Shown: piece by piece, positions 40,510 through 49,623 of the stretch
Layout: each line of letters starts with the position of its first letter
Position numbering within the stretch: position 1 is the stretch's first letter
Assembly: GCA_043747615.1 (NCBI GenBank)
Contig: JAYTOU010000031.1
Span: 92,153 to 156,152 of the forward strand
DNA: 64,000 bases
DNA from: Myxococcales bacterium
GTDB taxonomy: Bacteria; Myxococcota_A; Polyangia; Polyangiales; Polyangiaceae
Direction of reading: 5' to 3'
The notes under the pieces: model-generated
Databases searched by the model: none
The model's input: the letters and a program-made list of their open reading frames with translations, nothing else
What the model was told of the DNA's origin: nothing
Translations under genes and position numbers: made by a program

Positions 40510-41501
40510 GTGCCATCGCCGTGCTCGTACGCCTTCTGCGCCACGTGACGGATCTCGTTCCGCCCTTCGCCTTCAATCGAATGGGGTTCGAGCTCAATCG
40601 ACGCGGCTTCGAACCGGGTGACCCGCCCGAGGACGGCGGCGGGCGCGTCGCCTTGGTGACGGGGGCGAACTCCGGCATCGGCTTTGCGACGTCTCGCGAG
40701 CTCGCGCGTCGCAACTACGAAGTGTGGATGCTCTGTCGCGATCCGGCGCGCGGAGCGGCGGCACGGGACGCCATCGCCCGAGAATGTGGCGGCGATCGCG
40801 TTCACCTCGCCGTCGTCGACGTGTCGAGCTTCGCCTCGATTCGGCGCTTCGCAGAGGGATTTCCAGGAAGCCACGTTGACGTGCTTGTTCACAACGCCGG
40901 CGTGCTGCCGCATGAGAAGAAGCTCACCGAGGACGGCGTGGAGCTCAGCTTCGCAACGAGCGTGCTCGGGCCGTTCTTGCTCACCGGCCTCTTCGTCGAG
41001 AAGCTCTCCCGATCGACGGACGCGCGCGTCGTCTTCGTCGCCTCCGGAGGCCTCTATGCGCAACGCCTGGATTTAGAGCTATTGAGCGTCGATCCAGGGT
41101 CTTTCGACGGGGTGCGTGCCTACGCCAACGCAAAGCGCGCGCAGGCGATCCTCGCGCGCGCCCTCGCTGGCAGGTATCGCGGACAAGCGCCGATCACGTT
41201 CGCGAGCATGCACCCAGGTTGGGCCGACACGACGGCGGTGCGCACGTCGCTCCCCAAATTTCACGAGACGATGAAGAACGTGCTTCGAACAGCGGAGCAG
41301 GGCGCCGACACCGTGGTCTGGCTTGCCGCAAGCCCTCGGCCGAAGGGGACGCTCGGCAAGTTCTGGTTCGACCGGCGCGTTGCTGCCGAATATCCGCTTC
41401 CGTGGACGCGCGAGAGCCGGCGGGGGCGCGAGCAGCTCTTCGAGCTCTGCGAGCGTGTGACCGGCATGAAGCTCGGTCTTTCGACCGAGAGGACGGCTTG
41501 A
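40506..41501 (+). CDS. Short-chain dehydrogenase/reductase (DHRS12-like)
   Basis: TGANSGIG, HNAG, YANAK, MHPGWADT, QGADTVVWLA. Confidence 0.9.
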   Translation: MSAIAVLVRLLRHVTDLVPPFAFNRMGFELNRRGFEPGDPPEDGGGRVALVTGANSGIGFATSRELARRNYEVWMLCRDPARGAAARDAIARECGGDRVHLAVVDVSSFASIRRFAEGFPGSHVDVLVHNAGVLPHEKKLTEDGVELSFATSVLGPFLLTGLFVEKLSRSTDARVVFVASGGLYAQRLDLELLSVDPGSFDGVRAYANAKRAQAILARALAGRYRGQAPITFASMHPGWADTTAVRTSLPKFHETMKNVLRTAEQGADTVVWLAASPRPKGTLGKFWFDRRVAAEYPLPWTRESRRGREQLFELCERVTGMKLGLSTERTA

Positions 41502-41503
41502 CC

Positions 41504-41836
41504 ATGCGCATGGCCATCGTCCTTGCCGCCATCGGCGCGGCAATCATGGGCGCCATTATCGGGTGGGCGTTGATCGAAGGACACTTCGGCCCCGAGTGCA
41601 GCGCCCTCTTCGCACTCCCGTGGGGGAAGGTGACGCTTGCCGATCTGTACACGGGCTTCGCGCTTTTTTCGGGTTGGGTGATCTTCCGGGAACAGCACGT
41701 GAGCCGCGCACTCGTCTTCGTTGCGCTGGTCATGACTCTTGGTAACGCGTTCACCTGCGTTTACGTGCTGGTCGCGCTCCTGCGGAGCCGCGGGGATTGG
41801 GCACGTTTTTGGCTCGGACACCGATCGAAACAATAG
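41504..41836 (+). CDS. Small membrane protein (DUF1475-like)
   Basis: Three hydrophobic segments, PWGKVTLADLYTGF, WVIFRE, LGN. Confidence 0.7.
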   Translation: MRMAIVLAAIGAAIMGAIIGWALIEGHFGPECSALFALPWGKVTLADLYTGFALFSGWVIFREQHVSRALVFVALVMTLGNAFTCVYVLVALLRSRGDWARFWLGHRSKQ

Positions 41837-41841
41837 GGAGG

Positions 41842-42288
41842 ATGGCTGCGATGTCTGTCGAACGAGACCAGGTTCTTGCCGAGGCGCTCCGTGAAGTCTA
41901 CGTGTCGTTCGAGCGCGACGGTGACGCCGCGATCGCTCGGCTTGCGGAGCTTTATGACGACGACGTCGTCTTTCGCGACCCGCTCCAAACGCTGCGCGGA
42001 CGGAGCGCGTTCGTCGCGATGAATCGCCGCATTCTCGCGCGCGCCCGACGGTGTTCGTTCGAGGTCGCCAGTGTCGCCGCCACGAGCGGCTCGGTCTTCC
42101 TCGCGTGGACCATGCTCTACGAGCCGCGTCGCGGTCCCACGATCGTCTTCGAAGGCGCGACCCACGCCCGGACGCGTGCCGGGCTCATCGTCGAGCAGCG
42201 GGACTACTGGGACTTGCTGTCGAGCCTCGCAGCGAGCATCCCGGTCGTCCGGAATGTGTACGCGTCGTTGGCGCCGCACCTGGGATGA
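41842..42288 (+). CDS. NTF2/SnoaL-like protein
   Basis: LYDDDVVFRDP...GR, QRDYWD. Confidence 0.85.
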   Translation: MAAMSVERDQVLAEALREVYVSFERDGDAAIARLAELYDDDVVFRDPLQTLRGRSAFVAMNRRILARARRCSFEVASVAATSGSVFLAWTMLYEPRRGPTIVFEGATHARTRAGLIVEQRDYWDLLSSLAASIPVVRNVYASLAPHLG

Positions 42289-42833
42289 CCGCACGCGGCG
42301 TGATCTCGTTCGCGGGGCTTCAGCTTGGCTGGTTTGCGTGTGTGCTCGGCGCGGCGCACGGCTATCCGTGGCTCGGCCCGGTTGTCGTTTTCGTCGCGCT
42401 AGCCATGCACGTCGAAAGGCAACGTGCGAGCGCGCGGGAGGTGTTGATTCTGGCGTTCACGGCGATCGTAGGCTTCCTCGTCGATAGCGCTTTCCTGCAA
42501 ACGGGCGTGCTCCGGCTCGGGGGCAGCACGCTCTCGCCGCCATGGCTCATCGCCCTCTGGCCGAACTTCATCTCGACGACCTCCGAAAACGGACTCCTGT
42601 CGTCGCTACCGAGACGGCCTCTCCTTGCAGGACTGCTGGGAGCCGTTGGTGGTCCACTTGCCTACGACTCGGGGGCACGCCTCGGAGCGATCGAGCTGGG
42701 AAGCCATCGGCTTAGCGCGCTCGCCATCATCGGTGTGGTGTGGGCCCTCGCCGTCCCGGCGCTCGTTGTCGTGCGCGCGCGCGTCGTCACGCGGTTCGCG
42801 CATACGTCAGAGTATAGACCACTGGAGCGCTGA
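42285..42833 (+). CDS. DUF2878 membrane protein
   Basis: QLGWFACVLGA, PPWLIALW.NF, GAVGGPLAY..GARLGA. Confidence 0.85.
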   Translation: MTARGVISFAGLQLGWFACVLGAAHGYPWLGPVVVFVALAMHVERQRASAREVLILAFTAIVGFLVDSAFLQTGVLRLGGSTLSPPWLIALWPNFISTTSENGLLSSLPRRPLLAGLLGAVGGPLAYDSGARLGAIELGSHRLSALAIIGVVWALAVPALVVVRARVVTRFAHTSEYRPLER

Positions 42834-43398
42834 GCTTCGGGCTGGTGAGGGTCGCCGTCATGAACAGGAGCTTTCCGTCGGCGCTCACCGTGAACTCGTT
42901 CTTGCGCGTGCCTCCGTCGTCGGCGACGAAGGTTTGTATGAGACGTTTGCCCTCGAACCGCTGGGAAAGAATGAATGCGTCGGCGTCGACGCGGTAGTCG
43001 GTTGGCGCGCCCGTTTCCGGGCTGATCGCGATCGGATGACCGGGAACGATCGAGCGAATCCGCCCGTCGGCAAACTCGAAACTGCACGTCGAAAGGATGC
43101 GAGTCCGGTCCTCAAGCTTCGAGCGCGCAATTCCGCGAACCGCGAAGAAGAACGAAGACACGGTGCGGTCGATCGCGTCCGCGCGCGCGTGTCGTTCTTT
43201 CTGGTCACCGGCGTATCGGAAGTTCCCGGCAAAGCTCCGGCGGAGATCCGTCGTGCTCCCGGCTCCTTGGCTCGCTCCAGGGCGGGCGTCAGATGCGGCG
43301 AGCGGGTCCGCCTTCGCTGCCGGACTGATGAGAAGCGCGGCCGCCAGAAGTGGGATGAGGAAACTGGCGCGGCGCGGAGACGTTTTGTTGTCCATCAT
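42787..43398 (-). CDS. Exported hypothetical protein
   Basis: Signal peptide AKA-D, beta-rich C-terminus ending YTLTYAR; 3' end overlaps the convergent gene by 47 nt. Confidence 0.7.
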   Translation of the reverse strand: MMDNKTSPRRASFLIPLLAAALLISPAAKADPLAASDARPGASQGAGSTTDLRRSFAGNFRYAGDQKERHARADAIDRTVSSFFFAVRGIARSKLEDRTRILSTCSFEFADGRIRSIVPGHPIAISPETGAPTDYRVDADAFILSQRFEGKRLIQTFVADDGGTRKNEFTVSADGKLLFMTATLTSPKLSAPVVYTLTYARTA

Positions 43399-43416
43399 TT
43401 GTCTATGGTACGTCCA
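43389..43416 (-). promoter_or_regulatory. CarH-type operator: three direct repeats at 11-bp period
   Basis: Plus-strand TGTCCA (43389), TGTCTA (43400), CGTCCA (43411), i.e. minus-strand TGGACG-TAGACA-TGGACA. Confidence 0.75.
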
Positions 43417-43428
43417 GATGCGCCGCCG

Positions 43429-43998
43429 TCAAGGTAGGTGGCGTTCACGAGGGGAGACGTCCGGCTCAGCATTCCACCGCTGCGGAACGCGCCTGAGCTT
43501 CGAGGAGTCGTATCCTGCGTTCTGAACGACACGAATCAGGCGTGCCCAGCTCGAGTCCGGGATCGTCGGCGTCCGCGCCATGACCCAGACGTAGTCACGG
43601 GCGCTTCGGCCGATGACCACCTCGTTGTAGTCACCGTCGACATCCGCCACGACGTATTCGAATCGAAAAGGGCCTTGCCACCAGTAAAAGTGCATTCCCC
43701 AGCGTCCGGTCTCGCGCTCGCTCACGTGACCCGTTGCGTGCATCGTTTCTAGCGGCCCATCGAACGCGCCGCGGCGGAAGCTGAACGTCGTTTCAACGAC
43801 GTCGGTGGTGCCCGCTCGTAGCCGATACGACTCCACCCCGTTCCACGCCTCTTTTTCTCCGGAGGTCGGGATGTGACCGAGGACGTACCAATCCCCCATG
43901 TACCGCGGGACATCGATATTTGCGGCGTGCATGGGGGCGGAGCCGCATCCCGATGCGGCGAGTAGTGGAAAGAGGTACCGAAGTCGCGACCAACGCAT
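43429..43998 (-). CDS. blc: Lipocalin (Blc-like) lipoprotein
   Basis: Lipobox ASGC, DVPRYMGDWY, IGRSARDYVWVMARTP, GYD...VPQ. Confidence 0.88.
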   Translation of the reverse strand: MRWSRLRYLFPLLAASGCGSAPMHAANIDVPRYMGDWYVLGHIPTSGEKEAWNGVESYRLRAGTTDVVETTFSFRRGAFDGPLETMHATGHVSERETGRWGMHFYWWQGPFRFEYVVADVDGDYNEVVIGRSARDYVWVMARTPTIPDSSWARLIRVVQNAGYDSSKLRRVPQRWNAEPDVSPRERHLP

Positions 43999-44128
43999 GT
44001 CCATGATTTGCACATCATAAGGGGGTGCTGGCCATCGTCAACGAGGACGCGACGTTTCTTCCCTGGGCGCGTAGATCGTTCGACACCAACGCGCTGCGGC
44101 CATCCGCGTGCTGCTATCGTCAGCCGAG

Positions 44129-45466
44129 ATGGAGACCGGGGCGGACGACGCTGACCTATCGACAGTCGACCAGCCCTCGCGCGAAGAGGCGCCGTACATC
44201 CCCTCTTTCGTCCTGACCGCGATCGACGGGCCGGACAAGGGGCTGACCGTCACGGTCGATGGTGCGGGCCCCTCGCGCATCCTCATCGGACAGAGCCCTG
44301 CGTGCGAAGTGCGCCTCATTGACCGCGAGGCGTCGCGACGGCACGTTGCGCTCGAGGTCATTGGAACGCGCCTCCGGGTGACCGACCTCGGATCTAGGAA
44401 CGGCACCTACGTCGAGCGCCTCTCGATCGGCGAGGCAAACCTCGTCGGCGGAGAGACGCTCCGCATCGGTGGGACGGCGTTTCGCGTGGCGAGGCGTGGA
44501 GCGTCTCCGGCAAACGAGCTCCCGGCCGAGGAGTCCTTCGGTCGCGTGATCGGCGCGAGCCGGGAAATGCGCCACCTGTATCCCTCGTTTTCCAAGCTCG
44601 CGGCGCGCCTGGTTCCGCTCGTCGTCGAGGGCGAAATCGGAACGGGAAAAGAAGCGCTCGCCGAATCTCTGCACGAGATGGGACCGCGGGCGAGCGGGCC
44701 GTTCTTGGTCGTCGACTGCTCCGCGATCTCGCCGAACCTCCTCGAGAGGGAGCTCTTCGGCGAGGGTGCGCGCGCGGGAGCCTTCGAGCTCGGGGCGGGC
44801 GGTACGCTCTTCATCGACGAAATCGACGACCTTGCGCCAGCGCTCCAACCGAAGTTCGTTCGTGCCATCGAGCGTTCGGAGATTCGCCGCATCGGAGAGG
44901 ACTCGTGGCGTCCCGTCGACGTGCGTGTCATCGCTGCAACACGTGACGTCGAGCATGATGTTCGGCAGGACCGCTTCCGCGACGATCTCTTCCATCGACT
45001 CCCGCTCGCGCGAATCGATCTTCCCCCGCTGCGCAAACGAAAAGGGGACGTCACGCTCCTCGCGCGCCATTTCGCGCGTCAATTTGGCGGTGATCCGAGC
45101 GAGCTCCCCGGCGACCTCCTCGACCGATGGGAGGAGCAGGTGTGGCCGGGCAACGTCCGTCAGCTTCGAAACGCCGTCGCGCAACGGCTCACGATCGGAG
45201 ACACGTCTGGCGCCGTCGCAGGCGCGAGCGACGCGGACGGCCGGCGCACGGAGGCCGAGGAGACCGTGACCGAGAGCTTCTTCGACGCGGTGCTCGCAGA
45301 AGGGCTGCCGCTCATCCCTGCGCGTCAAAAGGTGGTCGAGGAATTTCAGCGGCGCTACGTGGAGCGCGTGCTCGCCGCGCACGGCGGGAACGTCGTTCGC
45401 GCCGCAGCGTCCTCGGGGATCGCGCGGCGCTACTTTCAGATCCTGAGGAAGCGAAGCGGTCCCTGA
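44129..45466 (+). CDS. FHA-AAA+-HTH activator lacking the GAFTGA loop
   Basis: FHA (IG..SRRH..DLGSRNGT), GEIGTGKE, FIDEID, FRDDLFHRL, WPGNVRQLRN, C-terminal HTH. Confidence 0.88.
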   Translation: METGADDADLSTVDQPSREEAPYIPSFVLTAIDGPDKGLTVTVDGAGPSRILIGQSPACEVRLIDREASRRHVALEVIGTRLRVTDLGSRNGTYVERLSIGEANLVGGETLRIGGTAFRVARRGASPANELPAEESFGRVIGASREMRHLYPSFSKLAARLVPLVVEGEIGTGKEALAESLHEMGPRASGPFLVVDCSAISPNLLERELFGEGARAGAFELGAGGTLFIDEIDDLAPALQPKFVRAIERSEIRRIGEDSWRPVDVRVIAATRDVEHDVRQDRFRDDLFHRLPLARIDLPPLRKRKGDVTLLARHFARQFGGDPSELPGDLLDRWEEQVWPGNVRQLRNAVAQRLTIGDTSGAVAGASDADGRRTEAEETVTESFFDAVLAEGLPLIPARQKVVEEFQRRYVERVLAAHGGNVVRAAASSGIARRYFQILRKRSGP

Positions 45467-47339
45467 TCACCCGACGCGGTGCCGCGCCTCGGCCGGGACA
45501 AGCTGTCGGAACTGCCAAGCTCGAACGGCGAGATCCTCCTCTGCGGCCGCGAGCTTGTTGCCGATGCGGCGAACGAGCCTGCCCGTCGAGAAGAAAAGCA
45601 GCGTCGTCAGCGTTACGAGGAAGACCATCGTCGCAGTCTCGGGGAACGCGCACGCTTGCGACACGATGGCGATCTCTTCGCCGCGGAAAACGTAGGAGCG
45701 CGGCAGCACCTGCGCCCATTCGAGAAAAAGCGGCAGGAGCGTCGCAGCCGACATGGCACCCCCCCGCGATTCGCTGCACGCCTCTGCCCGGATACATCGA
45801 GTAAATCATCATCGCTCCCATCGAGCAGGTGGGAACGAGGACGAACGCACCGAAGATGCGCGTCATGGTCATGATGGCGAGCGTGCAAAAAGTCATGACG
45901 AAGTATGTCGAGTAGGGAGAGACGCGCTGCGTTCGGTAGATGCATCCGCCGAGCGCCGCCGCAAGACAGACGAGAATGAGCGACGGCCAGAGCCAGTCCT
46001 TCACGCCCATCCAAACGATCGAGCCTCCGACGAGCAGCAGTCCGCTGCCGAATACGCCGACGCCCGCGACGGAGATCGCGCGCATCGACGCCTCGCGCGA
46101 AGCCTCCAGCGTTCTCTTGACCTCCTCCGGAATTTCGCGCGGCCGCTCGAGCAAGAGACTGACGATCTCGGTGAGCGCCGCATCGTTCGATGGGTCGAGC
46201 GCGACGGAGCGTCCGAGCTCGGCCAGGGCAATCGCGCGATTCGCAGCGGTTGAAACGTGATTTTCTTTCGCCTCCGCCAGAGCGGCCATGGCGACGCTTG
46301 CGCGCTCGCGCGCGAGCTCGCGCCGACGCTCGGTGTCGCGATCGCCGTCGAGGTACTTCTGCACGGCGTCGTGCAGGTCGCGCGCGCTCGCGAATCGATC
46401 GCGCGCGTCGGTCCTCGTCGCGCGGACGCAAATCGCCTCTAGCTCGGGGGGAACGTCGCGCTCGGGCGCCCGCAGGGAGCATCGCGCGTCGGCCCCCCTG
46501 ATCGTCGAGGCGAGGAGCGCCGCCGCCTTCCCCGTGTGGAGAGGCAGGAGGGTCAGCGTCCGGAAAAGAACGGCCCCGAGCGCGTAGACGTCGGCTCGTC
46601 CGTCGACGACTTCGTTGGCGAGCTGCTCGGGGGAGACGTAGCCTGGCGTCCCGACGAAAGCGCCAACGTCTGTCATCGGGGCGTCACTCGCCGCAGGTGG
46701 CGCCTCCGAGCGTGGCCCGATCGCTTCGTCCGCATCCTCTAGGATCCTCGCGATCCCCCAGTCGAGCACGTACACCTCGCCGAAGTCACCGAGCATCACG
46801 TTGCTCGGCTTGAGGTCTCGATGAACGACCCCGCGCGTGTGCGCGAACTCGATCGCGAGGCACACGCTTGCAAAGGCCGCGAGGAGCTTGCGCAGCGAGA
46901 ACTCACGCTCGGCCTCGGCTTCCCGCGCGCAGAGCCGGTCGATGACGGCCGCGAGCGTCACGCCGCGAACGCGCTTCATCGTGAAGTAGAGCGCGCCGTT
47001 GGGGCCGACGCCGACGTCGTAGACAGGCACGATCGACGGATGCTCGAGCTGCCCCTGAACGCGCGCCTCGCGGAAGAAGCGTGTCTGCACGTCGCTCCGC
47101 GCCTCCCTGTCCGTGCGGATCATCTTCATGGCGACGTCTCTCCCGATCCGCACGTCACGCTGCAGATGGACCTCGCCCATCCCTCCCATTCCGAGAAGGT
47201 CGCGCGCTTCGTAGCGCTTCGCGAATCCCTCCTCCTCGAACGAGGCGTGGACCGGATCTCGAGCGCTCTCGACGCGCGGGCCAATCGAGGTCACGGGGCT
47301 GGGTTGGTACTCGAACGTGGTGTCCGAAGGCATGGGCAT
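45467..47339 (-). pseudogene. Membrane Ser/Thr protein kinase with frameshift in a G7 run (or sequencing error)
   Basis: LGMGGMGEV, VAMK, HRDLKPSN, DWG, GTPGYVSPEQ; TM region continues in another frame (45467..45754) from the C7 run at 45759-45765. Confidence 0.8.
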
Positions 47340-47484
47340 GAGCCTATCCTCAAGGGCCCTCGTGCGATCGCGAGGATCTGGTGCGATCGGCGAGATCACA
47401 CCACCCCACGAAGCGGAAAATAATGTCTTTCCTCGAGTAAAACGCAGGGGAGGTCCTGGCACCGAGCTTGCTGAAGGAGTGGTC

Positions 47485-48771
47485 ATGACTATCTCTTCTG
47501 CCCTCCGCTTCGCGTCTCTCGCGACGTTCGCGTTCGCCCTCGGTTGCTCCGGCCCGAGCCCCACGGCGGACATCATGACCGCCAGTGACGAGGTCACGAG
47601 CGTCAGCCACAGCCCGATCCGCAACCAGTCGATCGGAAACTGCTGGCTGTACGCGACCGCCGAGTGGATCGAGTCGATGCACTACAACCGCACGAGCGAG
47701 CACATCGACATCTCCGTCTCGTACCTCACGTACTGGGACTGGTTCGAGAAGATCACGACCGGCTCGATCGTTGCGCCGGACGGACGCGCGCTCGACTCGC
47801 TTCATGGCGGCCGTGGACAAAATGAGCTCCAGCCCGGCGGGTTCTTGCCCATCGCAGCGGCGTACGTCGTCCGCTACGGCGTCGTCGTGGGCCCGGACAG
47901 CTTCATCCCGAACGAGCCGCTCACCGGTAAGTCGATCACGCAGCTCAACGCCCTCGCGGCGATCAACCGCTCCCTCGCGTCCGGGGCGCTCTCGACGGTC
48001 GCCGCACGGGCCGATCGCGCGCTCGTTCGTAAGGAGCTCGACGCCGCATTCAACCTCCCCTCGCACGTCGTCGCCGATCTCGACAAGGTGTTCGGGCCGG
48101 CGGTCGACAAGCGCCTCGACATCGTCGGAACGTCGGTCATCGGAACGATCGTGAAGCGACCCCAGCAAATCGAGATCGCCGTCCCCAACGCGGAGACCGA
48201 CGCGCCGCAGCTCATGACGTTGAAGGCGGCATTCGGAAAAGCAGACACCGCGAACCCCTACAAGCGCGACGGCGAGTGGGCATTCCAGTCCGTGACGTAT
48301 CCCTCCGATCCGACCCAGCAGCGTGCGTTTTTGCGTCGCATTCAGCGCGCGCTCAATGATCATTACCCCGTTCCCGTCGCATGGAAGGTCGACTGGGCGT
48401 CCATGGTGGGCACGTCGTTCCCCTCGTTCCATCCCGGCGCCTACGCAGGCGGTCACGAGACGGTCCTCGAGGACTACGAGGTCACGAACGTGCCGGGTTT
48501 CGGCACTCTACCCGCGGGCGTCACTGAGACGCGCCCCGAAGCGCTCGCAGCCGCCCTCGACGACAGCGCGAAGATCATGTTTTTTCGCACGAAGAATCAG
48601 TGGGGGACGGGCGGCCGCACGGGCGCGTTCGACGGCTACTATGACCTCTCGATGGAGTATCTCAACAGCTCGGAGACCTTCTGCGAGTTCCTCGGCGCCG
48701 ATGGCCAGTGCGCGCAAACCTGGACCACCGGTACGTTCCTCCAAGAAGTCATCCTCCCCGCGGGCTTCTGA
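47485..48771 (+). CDS. Papain-like (C1) cysteine peptidase lipoprotein
   Basis: Lipobox ALGC, NQSIGNCWLYA, GGHETVL, KNQWG; aaggag RBS. Confidence 0.8.
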   Translation: MTISSALRFASLATFAFALGCSGPSPTADIMTASDEVTSVSHSPIRNQSIGNCWLYATAEWIESMHYNRTSEHIDISVSYLTYWDWFEKITTGSIVAPDGRALDSLHGGRGQNELQPGGFLPIAAAYVVRYGVVVGPDSFIPNEPLTGKSITQLNALAAINRSLASGALSTVAARADRALVRKELDAAFNLPSHVVADLDKVFGPAVDKRLDIVGTSVIGTIVKRPQQIEIAVPNAETDAPQLMTLKAAFGKADTANPYKRDGEWAFQSVTYPSDPTQQRAFLRRIQRALNDHYPVPVAWKVDWASMVGTSFPSFHPGAYAGGHETVLEDYEVTNVPGFGTLPAGVTETRPEALAAALDDSAKIMFFRTKNQWGTGGRTGAFDGYYDLSMEYLNSSETFCEFLGADGQCAQTWTTGTFLQEVILPAGF

Positions 48772-49026
48772 TCGACGAGCGCAGACCTGAGCGCTACCCG
48801 GGAAGCGCGCCGCCGCGTGCAGCCTTAGCGCCTCGTTCCGGCAAGAGCGCCTCGCGCCTTGCCCTGGATTGATGCTGGTCCGGAGGACGCGACCCAAGGT
48901 ACGCATCGTGCTCTGGCTTAGTGCAGCCAGGGAGCACCGCCGGGCGCCAGCAGAAGCGTCTACGTGCTCCTCCGACGAGGTTTCAATGAACAAGGGCACG
49001 AAAAATCATCATGAGCGTCGAAAGCA

Positions 49027-49623
49027 ATGATCCGAACGGCGGTGGACCAAGCCCTCCTTGTTCGGGTCGGAGTCGGTGACCTCGCCGCCGTCGGCTTGCT
49101 CTACGATCGTTACATTCCGATGCTCTTTCCGCTCGCCGTTCGGATCATTCGCGATCGCGCCGAGGCGGAGGATCTAATCCACGATGCCTTCGTCATCGTT
49201 TACGAACGCGCATGCCAGTACCGTCGCGATCTCGGCACCGTCTCGGCGTGGCTCATAACGCTCGTGCGCAACCTCAGCATCGACCGTGTGCGGCGCCGCG
49301 ATCGACAGGACGCTCTGCGCAGGGAGATCTACGCGTACGCCCCCATGCAGCACGCAGCCGATCCGGAGGCTCTTACCTCGCTCGCGCGCGAGCAAGCTCA
49401 GGTGCGAAAGGCGCTCGCAACCCTTCCCGACGCCCAGCGCGCCACTTTGGAGTTCGCCTTCTATGACGGGCTCAGCTACCCAGAAATCGCCGCGCGCGAA
49501 GGGGTTCCCCTCGGAACGGTGAAATCACGCTCGGTCCGTGCGATGGCATCACTTCGAAAAGCGATCGCCTCTTCGTCCCTTCGACAGTACCAGCATGCGC
49601 CGAGCGGTCACGGCGTGGCGTAG
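49027..49623 (+). CDS. ECF sigma factor (SigK-like)
   Basis: LYDRY, AEDLIHDAF, WLITLVRNLSIDRVR, LPDAQR...GLSYPEIA...PLGTVKSR. Confidence 0.9.
   Translation: MIRTAVDQALLVRVGVGDLAAVGLLYDRYIPMLFPLAVRIIRDRAEAEDLIHDAFVIVYERACQYRRDLGTVSAWLITLVRNLSIDRVRRRDRQDALRREIYAYAPMQHAADPEALTSLAREQAQVRKALATLPDAQRATLEFAFYDGLSYPEIAAREGVPLGTVKSRSVRAMASLRKAIASSSLRQYQHAPSGHGVA

Noticed and set aside
45312..47624. 770-aa kinase as given in the ORF track
   Set aside because: The N-extension overlaps the divergent peptidase gene, and the C-terminus is frameshifted read-through into the convergent activator.
48772..49026. Riboswitch or ncRNA in the longer gaps (also 57064-57486 and 59745-60118)
   Set aside because: No cobalamin-riboswitch or other conserved RNA motif recognised by eye; a covariance-model search would be needed.
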